This document shows positions 20,096-28,325 of a DNA stretch of 64,000 nucleotides, piece after piece. The notes under the pieces were generated by a model, which made no database searches, had not been told where the DNA came from, and saw only the letters and a program-made list of their open reading frames with translations. The stretch is from an uncultured Roseibium sp. (lineage in GTDB: Bacteria; Pseudomonadota; Alphaproteobacteria; Rhizobiales; Stappiaceae): positions 2,092 through 66,091 of the forward strand of contig NZ_CANMNP010000021.1 of the NCBI RefSeq assembly GCF_947499295.1. Reading direction: 5' to 3'. Both the position numbers and the translations under genes were made by a program. Within the stretch, counting starts at the first letter, position 1; every line of letters begins with the position of its first letter.

Positions 20096-20850
20096 CCAAG
20101 ACTGCACTCGTCACAGGCGGACAAAGAGGCATTGGACGCGGCATTTGCGAAGCGCTCGTCAAGGCGGGCTACCAGGTCGCGCTTCTTGCCCAGGTCGAAT
20201 CCGACGATCGGGACGTAATCGATGCGCTCGATCAGCTCGGCTCAAAAGCTCGGTACTATCGTCACGACCTTCAGGAAGTAGCGGGTCACGCTGCCATACT
20301 CGACCGCATCGAAAACGAGCTCGGCTCCATCACCACACTTGTTTCAAATGCGGGCGTGCCGGCCAAATCACGTGGTGACCTGCTTGAGGTTCAACCAGAC
20401 AGTTTTGATTTCGTTCTGGGCGTCAACCTGCGGGGTGCTTTCTTTCTTGCGCAAGAAGTAGCGCGGCGAATGCTTGCAGTGCCTTCAGAGGCCTACCGGT
20501 CCTTGATCTTCGTGACCTCGGTCAGTGCCGAGATGGTGTCCGTAGAGCGCGCCGAATATTGCGTGTCGAAGGCCGGTGCAGCGATGATGGCGGACCTTTT
20601 TACCGCAAGGCTGGCGCCTCACGGCATTGGTGTCTTCCAGATACAGCCAGGCATCATTGAAAGCCCGATGACCGCAAGTGTGAAAGACAAATACACCACA
20701 CGCATCGATGACGGCCTCGTACCGGTCCGGCGATGGGGCCAGCCGGAGGACATCGGCTCTGCAGTTGTCCCCCTGGTGCAGGGACAAATGGCCTACGCAA
20801 CAGGCACGACGATCAAGGTTGACGGCGGGCTTTCAATCCCACGCCTTTGA
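20092..20850 (+). CDS. Short-chain dehydrogenase/reductase
   Basis: TGGQRGIG, NAG and YCVSK motifs. Confidence 0.9.
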   Translation: MTKTALVTGGQRGIGRGICEALVKAGYQVALLAQVESDDRDVIDALDQLGSKARYYRHDLQEVAGHAAILDRIENELGSITTLVSNAGVPAKSRGDLLEVQPDSFDFVLGVNLRGAFFLAQEVARRMLAVPSEAYRSLIFVTSVSAEMVSVERAEYCVSKAGAAMMADLFTARLAPHGIGVFQIQPGIIESPMTASVKDKYTTRIDDGLVPVRRWGQPEDIGSAVVPLVQGQMAYATGTTIKVDGGLSIPRL

Positions 20851-20853
20851 GAG

Positions 20854-22452
20854 ATGAAAATGGAAAACGGCTACGACTTCATCATAATCGGTGGCGGAAG
20901 CGCAGGGTCGGTTGTTGCGGCCCGACTGACCGAGGATCCGAACATCCAGGTGCTTCTTCTGGAAGCCGGAGGGCGTGACCGTCACCCATTTTATCATTTG
21001 CCGGCAGGTTTCGCGAAAATGACCAAGGGCATCGGGTCATGGGGTTGGCATACAGTCCCGCAAAAGCACATGAACAACAGGGTCTTCCGCTATACGCAAG
21101 CCAAGGTGATTGGCGGCGGGTCCGCGATCAACGCTCAGATTTACACACGCGGAAACGCCCGGGACTACGACGAATGGCGTCAACTGGGATGCGAGGGATG
21201 GGGTTTTGACGATGTCCTGCCCTACTACCGGAAAGCTGAAGACAACGACACTTATGACAACCGGTATCACGGCAAGGGTGGACCGCTCGGCGTTTCGAAG
21301 CCTTGTGCGCCTCTTCCGATTTGCGAAGCTTATTTCGAAGCAGCGGCCAAGCTGGGCATTCCAAGAAACGAAGACGTGACCGGCGAGACACAGGACGGAG
21401 TTGCCTACTATCAGTTGACCCAGAAAAATGCGCGCAGGTCGTCTGTGGCGATGGCCTATCTCGCCCCAAATCGTGACCGTTCCAATCTGCATGTGCGCAC
21501 CGGCGCCAATGTTCGCCGGATCGTTGTGGAGGGTGGCAGGGCAACAGGCGTGGAATTGGTCGACGGTACCAGGCTCTCAGCCGGCACGGAAGTCATCCTT
21601 TCTTCCGGTTCCATCGGCTCGCCGCGCCTTCTCCAACTTTCGGGTATCGGCCCGGCAGCAGAGTTGCGTGATCTTGGAATTGACGTCGTTCTCGATCGGC
21701 CTTCCGTCGGTACAAACCTTCAGGATCACCTGGATCTTTATTGTATCTGCGAGGTCAGCGGCCCGCACACTTACGACCGTTTCGCCAAACCGCATCTGTC
21801 AGTGCTTGCCGGACTGCAATACATCTTCACGCGGCGTGGGCCGGTATCCTCCAGTCTCTTTGAAACGGGAGGCTTCTGGTACGCAGATCCGGAAGCACGC
21901 TCGCCGGATCTTCAGTTTCACCTTGGTCTTGGTACCGGCATCGAATCCGGTGTCGCGGCAATGCCGGACGGCGGCGTCACGCTCAATTCGTGCTACCTGC
22001 GACCGCGCTCGCGCGGAACCGTCCGGCTCCGCAGTTCAGACCCCTCGGATGAGCCTCTGATCGACCCGAACTACCTGCAAGACCCCAAAGATCGCGAGAT
22101 GTCGATCCGAGGGCTCAGGCTCACACAGGAAATCCTGGCACAGGAACCGTTGAAACCGTTCATAAAGGCAGAGCGACTTCCTGGCCCCGATATCAAGAGC
22201 GATGAGGCCTACTTTCGCTTCATCTGCGAACACTCAAAGACGTCCCACCACCCAGCCGGCACATGCCGGATGGGCATTGACGACCAGGCGGTCGTTGACC
22301 CCAGATTGCGGTTCAACGGCATCGAAAATTTGCGTGTCGTCGATGCCTCCATCATGCCGAATGTCATTTCGTCCAACACCAATGCTGCGGCCATCATGAT
22401 CGGCGAAAAAGCCTCCGACATGATCCGCCAAGATCACGGAACCACATCATGA
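20854..22452 (+). CDS. GMC oxidoreductase (choline/L-sorbose dehydrogenase-like)
   Basis: GGGSAG, AKVIGGGSAIN, GTNLQDH, HHPAGTCRMG and SSNTNAAAIMIGEK motifs. Confidence 0.9.
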   Translation: MKMENGYDFIIIGGGSAGSVVAARLTEDPNIQVLLLEAGGRDRHPFYHLPAGFAKMTKGIGSWGWHTVPQKHMNNRVFRYTQAKVIGGGSAINAQIYTRGNARDYDEWRQLGCEGWGFDDVLPYYRKAEDNDTYDNRYHGKGGPLGVSKPCAPLPICEAYFEAAAKLGIPRNEDVTGETQDGVAYYQLTQKNARRSSVAMAYLAPNRDRSNLHVRTGANVRRIVVEGGRATGVELVDGTRLSAGTEVILSSGSIGSPRLLQLSGIGPAAELRDLGIDVVLDRPSVGTNLQDHLDLYCICEVSGPHTYDRFAKPHLSVLAGLQYIFTRRGPVSSSLFETGGFWYADPEARSPDLQFHLGLGTGIESGVAAMPDGGVTLNSCYLRPRSRGTVRLRSSDPSDEPLIDPNYLQDPKDREMSIRGLRLTQEILAQEPLKPFIKAERLPGPDIKSDEAYFRFICEHSKTSHHPAGTCRMGIDDQAVVDPRLRFNGIENLRVVDASIMPNVISSNTNAAAIMIGEKASDMIRQDHGTTS

Positions 22453-22763
22453 TCCGCCATATCGTTCTCATCAAATTCAATCCGGATGTAACGGAAGAGA
22501 CGATCGCCGAGCTCTTTCAGGAGCTTCGCGAGATCGAAAAGCAGGTACCGGGCATCCGCGACATCACGTCCGGACGCAGCGAGAGCCCTGAGAAAATAGA
22601 ACGCGGTTACATGCACGGTTTTGTTGTCGATTTCGATGACTGGGACGCACTGGAACGGTATCAGATCCATCCCGATCACAAGGCGCTCGGCGCCAAACTG
22701 GTCGCCAACGCCATCGGCGGAATTGACGGCATTCTGGTGCTGGATATTCCAGTGCCGGCCTGA
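22449..22763 (+). CDS. Dabb (stress-responsive A/B barrel) protein
   Basis: IRHIVLIKF...HGFVVDFDDWDALERYQIHPDH. Confidence 0.85.
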   Translation: MIRHIVLIKFNPDVTEETIAELFQELREIEKQVPGIRDITSGRSESPEKIERGYMHGFVVDFDDWDALERYQIHPDHKALGAKLVANAIGGIDGILVLDIPVPA

Positions 22764-22792
22764 GCAGCTGCCAACAAAATCCGGAGCCGCAG

Positions 22793-23956
22793 ATGCTGAA
22801 CCTCCCGACTTACGAAAACAGGCTCGAAGTTTATACGCCGACAGGCGATGCCCTGACACCGCGAGCCCCACGAACAACGTTGACCCGTACCGCTTTTGCA
22901 GCCGCCCATGTGGTCTCCGACCCGCTTGCTGAACGCGCGCCCTGGGAGGGATCCCCCGCGGTGGACTGGGACAATACATTGCGATTCCGTCGCTGGCTCT
23001 GGGACCAGGGCCTTGGACTGGCAGAGGCCATGGATACGGCACAGCGCGGCATGGGCGTTGACTGGCCAACGGCAAAGGAACTGATCGAACGCACCATGCG
23101 AGAAGCCAAGGTGCATCCGTTGAAACCGCGTGTTGCCTGTGGTGCCGGGACGGACCAGAAAGCGCCGGAAGAGCTGGCAACACTCCATGACATTCAAGCA
23201 GCCTATTGCGAGCAGATGGAAGCGATTGAGGCTGCAGGCGGGCAAATCATCTTGATGGCATCACGCGCCTTTCCAGCTATCGATGCCAGTGCCGACGATT
23301 ATGCCAAAGCCTATAGTGCATTGCTTGAGCAAGCGTCTGAACCAGTGGTTCTTCACTGGCTGGGAAACATGTTTGATCCCGCTTTGAAAGGATACTGGGG
23401 CAGTGAAGACGTTGACACAGCATCAGACCTCGTTCTTCAGATCATCAATGCAAACAAATCGAAGGTCGACGGCATCAAGATATCGCTTTTGGATCAGGCG
23501 CACGAAGAAAGCTTTCGTGCACGGCTACCCGAAGGTGTCCGTCTCTATACCGGTGATGACTTCAACTACGCTCCGTTGATTGAGGGCGATGGCACGCGCC
23601 ATTCCCACGCACTTCTGGGTGCTTTCGCAGCCATTGCGCCGGTGGCGAGCCAGGCATTGGAAGCGCTTGCGGAAAATGATCTTGAAACCTACCACGCGCT
23701 GTTCGCACCGACAGTTCCCCTCAGCCGCGAATTGTTCAAGGCGCCAACCCGTTTCTACAAGGCGGGAATTGCCTTTCTGGCGTGGTTGAACGATGCCCAG
23801 AACCACTTCGTCATGCCGGGCGGGTTTCAATCTTCGCGTGAAATTACGCATTATGCCGAGGTCTTTCGGCTTGCAGACAAGGCTCGATTGTTGTCAAAGC
23901 CTGATATAGCCGTGGAACGAATGCGACTTTTGTTAAAGCTTCACGGCGTTGGTTGA
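22793..23956 (+). CDS. DUF993 family (DHDPS/class I aldolase-like TIM barrel)
   Basis: AFAAAHVVSDP, AEAMDTAQRGMG, HWLGNMFDPAL, DGIKISLL and YTGDDFNY motifs. Confidence 0.82.
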   Translation: MLNLPTYENRLEVYTPTGDALTPRAPRTTLTRTAFAAAHVVSDPLAERAPWEGSPAVDWDNTLRFRRWLWDQGLGLAEAMDTAQRGMGVDWPTAKELIERTMREAKVHPLKPRVACGAGTDQKAPEELATLHDIQAAYCEQMEAIEAAGGQIILMASRAFPAIDASADDYAKAYSALLEQASEPVVLHWLGNMFDPALKGYWGSEDVDTASDLVLQIINANKSKVDGIKISLLDQAHEESFRARLPEGVRLYTGDDFNYAPLIEGDGTRHSHALLGAFAAIAPVASQALEALAENDLETYHALFAPTVPLSRELFKAPTRFYKAGIAFLAWLNDAQNHFVMPGGFQSSREITHYAEVFRLADKARLLSKPDIAVERMRLLLKLHGVG

Positions 23957-23973
23957 TCAGCTTTGGAAGGCGA

Positions 23974-24981
23974 ATGAAGAAAAGACCGACGATCCTGGAT
24001 GTCGCAAAACACGCCGGTGTATCAAAATCGACCGTGTCGCTCGTTTTGCAGAATTCCCCGTCGGTGAAGAAGTCGACCCGCGATGAAGTCAACCACGCCA
24101 TCGAAATCCTCGGCTATGTCTACAACAGATCAGCGGCCGGTTTGCGCGGCGCGTCATCAGGACTGGTCGGACTGATTATCAATGACTTGCGAAATCCGTT
24201 CTTCACCGAGTTCGCAGCATCGGCTCAGATGACCTTTGCGCGCAAAGGCTATTCAACGGTTGTTGCCAACACGGACGAAGACCCTGAGACTCAATCTCAG
24301 GTGATCGCTTCCATGATTGAGCATGGCGTCTCGGCATTCGTGATTTCTCCGGCCTATGACGCAAGTGGCTCAGCCTTTGACAGCATCCAGCGTGCCGGCA
24401 TTCCAACGCTACAGGTCCTCAGACAGATCGATGAGAGAACCAGCGTCTTTCCGTTCGCTTCGCACAATTATGTTGCCGGGGGAGAGTTGGCAACAAACCA
24501 CTTGATTGAAGCAGGTTGCCGAAAAATAGCCTTTGCCGGGGGCCTGGAAGAGCGCCCGGTCACCCTGGAAAGGATGTCGGGATACTGCAATGTCATGAAG
24601 GCGCGAGGCCTTCCCGTCGAAACTTTCTATGGCCGCCCGTCGCGAGCCTTCGGCCGTGAAATCGCACTGGAGATCACGACCAAGCATCCGGATATCGACG
24701 CGGCGATATGCTTCAGTGATCTGGTGGCTCTCGGCATGCTGTCCGGTTTTGCTGAAGCAGGTGTGCGCGTTGGAGATGAATTCAAGCTCATCGGCTTCGA
24801 CGACATTGAAGAAAGTTCCCTTGTCTATCCCCGTCTCAGTTCTGTACGGTGCGACACCGGAGCGTTCGGAGAACACGCGGCAGAAGCCATGCTTGCGTGG
24901 ATTGTGGATGGCGTACGTCCACCCGACACCAAGCGCTACGACGTGGAACTGATCAAACGCCAATCCAGCCTCGGAATCTGA
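23974..24981 (+). CDS. LacI-family transcriptional regulator
   Basis: TILDVAKHAGVSKSTVSLVL HTH, YVYNRSAAGL and IGFDDI motifs. Confidence 0.92.
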   Translation: MKKRPTILDVAKHAGVSKSTVSLVLQNSPSVKKSTRDEVNHAIEILGYVYNRSAAGLRGASSGLVGLIINDLRNPFFTEFAASAQMTFARKGYSTVVANTDEDPETQSQVIASMIEHGVSAFVISPAYDASGSAFDSIQRAGIPTLQVLRQIDERTSVFPFASHNYVAGGELATNHLIEAGCRKIAFAGGLEERPVTLERMSGYCNVMKARGLPVETFYGRPSRAFGREIALEITTKHPDIDAAICFSDLVALGMLSGFAEAGVRVGDEFKLIGFDDIEESSLVYPRLSSVRCDTGAFGEHAAEAMLAWIVDGVRPPDTKRYDVELIKRQSSLGI

Positions 24982-24983
24982 TC

Positions 24984-26246
24984 ATGAAAATTAGCCCTGA
25001 TGCGCTCTTGAAGCGCCTGTTCGATGTTGCCGTCGCGGCGGCCGATCCGATGGTCTGTGTTCCAAAACACCTGCCGGAAAAACCCCCTGGCCGCTGTTTG
25101 GTTATTGGAGCCGGCAAAGCCTCTGCGCGTATGGCGGAAGCGCTCGAGGCGGCGTGGGGTCCGGTTGACGGGCTTGTCATTACACGCGATGGCTACGCGA
25201 GGCCCTGCGCCGGAATAGAGGTAATAGAAGCGTCTCATCCGGTCCCGGACCAGCGAGGTCTCGACGCCACTGCCAGACTTTTGGAACTCCTCGAAGGTCT
25301 TGAAGACGGTGATAGGGTCATCGCTCTTATCTCCGGCGGTGCGTCCGCATTACTGGAAAATCCAGCTGGTGAAATCTCGCTCGAAGACTTGCGCAAACTC
25401 AACGAGGATCTTCTGTCCTCCGGCGCGCCCATCGATCAGATGAATACGGTGAGGAAGCATGTGAGCCGCGTCAAAGGCGGACAGCTGGCAGCGGCCGCCT
25501 ATCCTGCGCACATGACCTCGCTGATCGTTTCCGACGTCGCAGGCGACGACCCCGCCTTTATTGCATCTGGTCCGACTGTTGGAGACAACACCAGCTCTGA
25601 AGATGCGAAGTCGATTTTGGCAAGCAACGAAATCAAAATTCCAAAATCCATTGAAGAGGTGCTGATGGCGCCAACCGGCGTATTGCCGGTGGGTGCACCA
25701 AAGCTGTCACAGACTGAAAACATCATTGTCGCCGCACCTTCCTTGTCCCTAAATGCGGCAAGCGAATTGGCTGAGGCGGAAGGAATTGCGGTTACGCTCT
25801 TGGGCGATGCCATTGAGGGCGAAGCGCGTGACCTTGCACAAGAGCATGCAAGCCTGGCCCTTAAGGTACAGGCAGAGCTTTCACCCGGTGACAAGCCCCG
25901 GCTGCTCCTCTCAGGCGGAGAATGTACCGTCACGCGCCGAGGTGACGGTATCGGTGGACCAAACGCGGAATATGCACTCGCGCTCGCATTGGCTTTGAAC
26001 AACCAGCCGGGCATTTACGCAATTGCCTGCGATACGGATGGTGTGGACGGAGCAGCGGATGTTGCCGGGGCACGCGTCAGTCCTCAGACATTGTCAAAGG
26101 CATCAGAAAATGGGGTCAATGCGGCGGCCATGCTGGCGGGCAACGACAGTCACAGTTTCTTTGATTTGATCGGCGACCAGATTGTCACAGGCCCAACTTT
26201 GACCAATGTGAACGATTTCCGGGCAATCCTGATCGAAAGTGTCTGA
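24984..26246 (+). CDS. Glycerate 2-kinase (TtuD/MOFRL family)
   Basis: GAGKAS, ASHPVPD, ISGGASAL, SGGECTVT, DTDGVDG and TLTNVNDFR motifs. Start at ATG 24984. Confidence 0.88.
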   Translation: MKISPDALLKRLFDVAVAAADPMVCVPKHLPEKPPGRCLVIGAGKASARMAEALEAAWGPVDGLVITRDGYARPCAGIEVIEASHPVPDQRGLDATARLLELLEGLEDGDRVIALISGGASALLENPAGEISLEDLRKLNEDLLSSGAPIDQMNTVRKHVSRVKGGQLAAAAYPAHMTSLIVSDVAGDDPAFIASGPTVGDNTSSEDAKSILASNEIKIPKSIEEVLMAPTGVLPVGAPKLSQTENIIVAAPSLSLNAASELAEAEGIAVTLLGDAIEGEARDLAQEHASLALKVQAELSPGDKPRLLLSGGECTVTRRGDGIGGPNAEYALALALALNNQPGIYAIACDTDGVDGAADVAGARVSPQTLSKASENGVNAAAMLAGNDSHSFFDLIGDQIVTGPTLTNVNDFRAILIESV

Positions 26247-26835
26247 AATGCGGGACCTTGAAGCACGGATCAATGCCGCAGAAGCATTGATTTTCGATTG
26301 CGACGGGACGCTCTTGAAGACGCCGGATCTATATACGCTTGGCTGGCAGTCAGCTTTTGGCGCAGCAGGGCTGAAGATGGATGCAGATTGGTATCACGCG
26401 CGCGCCGGCATGTCCGAACATGTGCTCATGGATGAGTTCGAGGCGGAAAGGGGCGTGACCCTCGATCGCAGCAAGACAGTCCGCGACCTCCGAAAGGCCG
26501 TCCTTCGGCAAATGCACACGGTCGCGGAAATCCCTGCCATCGCCTCAATTGCCCGCAAGTATCATGACAGAAAACCGGTCGCTGTGGCATCGGGAGGCCC
26601 AAAGGCCATTGTGATCCCGGCTTTGGAGGCGGCCGGTTTACTGCCGCTTTTCAAGTCCGTCGTCACAATGGACGACGTCGCCAACGCAAAGCCCTCGCCG
26701 GACCTGTTTCTTTTGGCTGCCGAAAATCTGGCAATTCCAGCAAAGGCCTGTCTGGTCTTTGAAGATAGTCCACAGGGGCTACTTGCCGCCGAAAGAGCCG
26801 GGATGTCAGCAATTGACGTAAACGGTCTTATGTAG
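26239..26835 (+). CDS. HAD-superfamily phosphatase (beta-PGM/YqaB-like)
   Basis: IFDCDGTL, ASGG, KPSPD and VFEDS motifs. Confidence 0.88.
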   Translation: MSEMRDLEARINAAEALIFDCDGTLLKTPDLYTLGWQSAFGAAGLKMDADWYHARAGMSEHVLMDEFEAERGVTLDRSKTVRDLRKAVLRQMHTVAEIPAIASIARKYHDRKPVAVASGGPKAIVIPALEAAGLLPLFKSVVTMDDVANAKPSPDLFLLAAENLAIPAKACLVFEDSPQGLLAAERAGMSAIDVNGLM

Positions 26836-26837
26836 TC

Positions 26838-28325
26838 TCACGCAGTTGCAGTCTGCGCCGCGCGCTGTTGCCCGGGCAATGTGTGCTGTTCAATGCATGT
26901 TTGCGCAAAGACATCGCCCACAGCAATGAGAACCGGACCTGTGGACTGCAGACTGTCGACACCTTTTGCCAAATTTGTAAGGCAACCTGACCATGAAGCC
27001 GCGTTGTGGCGGGAGATATTGGTCATCACTCTCACGGGCGTTTGTGATGACAGGCCCTCGGCAATCAATCGCGCACTGATCCGCTCCGCCATACGCCCGG
27101 CCATGTAAAACACCGTCGTGGTCGCAGGGTCTGTGAGCCCTTTCCAGTCGACGGTTTCTGGCAACTTTCCATTGCGCGCATGCCCTGTCACGAACCGTAC
27201 CGATTGCGCGTGATCGCGATGGGTCAGCGAAATGCCGAGTTCGGCAGCCATCGCGGATGCAGAAGTAATGCCCGGCACAACGCTCGCTGGAATACCCTCA
27301 TCAGAAAGGCGCTGAAGTTCCTCGCCCGCACGGCCGAATATCATCGGGTCGCCGGATTTCAGCCGAACCACATTCTTGCCCTGCCTTGCCAGGGAGACCA
27401 TCAGATCGTTGATATCCTCTTGCCGGCAGCTCTCCCGGCCACCCCGTTTTCCGACCATCATTCGTTTCGCCTCTCGGCGGGCGAGCTCCAACACAGTGTC
27501 GTCAACCAGATCGTCGAACAAAATGACATCGGCGGCCTGCAAGGCCCGCATCGCTTTCAACGTCAGGTTTTCCGCATCGCCCGGGCCTGCTCCGACCAGC
27601 GTCACGCGCCCTTGCCTTACATGGCCGGCCTCGTCGAGGAGTTGTTCGAATTCTTCAAGATTCATTGTTTCGGGGGCTGATCTGGATGAAAACGCCAGGT
27701 CGACGAAACGCTCCCAGAAGCGGCGGCGTTCAGCCCCCACCGCCAGCGATTTCATAACGCGCCCGCGGATTTGTTGCGCCAGCACAGCCCAAACGCGCAG
27801 TGAGGACGGCAATAGAGTTTCAATCCGCCGGCGAATCGCTTGCCCCAAGATGGGCGCAGCCCCATTGGTTGAAACGCCAATGACGACGGGCGATCTATTT
27901 ACTATCGATCCGAACTGGAACTCACAAAACGGCGGATTATCGATAACGTTGACAGGTACACCGGCAGCCTTTGCCGCGCAGAAAAATGCTTGCGCTTCGC
28001 CTTGCGACCGCGCATCGGCGATCGCAAGGCATGCACCTTCAAAGCTGTCCATCGACCAGCACTTTTGGTGGTGAACAAAACGCCCTTTGACACTTCCGGC
28101 CTCGAGCAACCGCTCGAAAGTCTGCTCCAACTGCTCAGCGAAAACGTGAACTTCCGCTCCTGCTGCCGCCAGAAGTTCAGCCTTCCAGGCTGCGGCATCC
28201 GTTCCACCGGCCAGAACAACCCGCTTGCCTTCCAGGGAGAAAAACAAAGGCACACTTGCCAGGGGTTCGACCCGGACAGCCTGGCGTTTGGACCCGACTT
28301 CAACCGGCCTGCGCAATGTCGACAT
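26838..28325 (-). CDS. cysG: Siroheme synthase (fused dehydrogenase/ferrochelatase + uroporphyrinogen-III C-methyltransferase)
   Basis: VNVIDNP, LVGAGPGD, RLKSGDPMIFGRAGEE and VVPGITSA motifs. The start codon is uncertain (28325 or 28352). Confidence 0.92.
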   Translation of the reverse strand: MSTLRRPVEVGSKRQAVRVEPLASVPLFFSLEGKRVVLAGGTDAAAWKAELLAAAGAEVHVFAEQLEQTFERLLEAGSVKGRFVHHQKCWSMDSFEGACLAIADARSQGEAQAFFCAAKAAGVPVNVIDNPPFCEFQFGSIVNRSPVVIGVSTNGAAPILGQAIRRRIETLLPSSLRVWAVLAQQIRGRVMKSLAVGAERRRFWERFVDLAFSSRSAPETMNLEEFEQLLDEAGHVRQGRVTLVGAGPGDAENLTLKAMRALQAADVILFDDLVDDTVLELARREAKRMMVGKRGGRESCRQEDINDLMVSLARQGKNVVRLKSGDPMIFGRAGEELQRLSDEGIPASVVPGITSASAMAAELGISLTHRDHAQSVRFVTGHARNGKLPETVDWKGLTDPATTTVFYMAGRMAERISARLIAEGLSSQTPVRVMTNISRHNAASWSGCLTNLAKGVDSLQSTGPVLIAVGDVFAQTCIEQHTLPGQQRAAQTATA

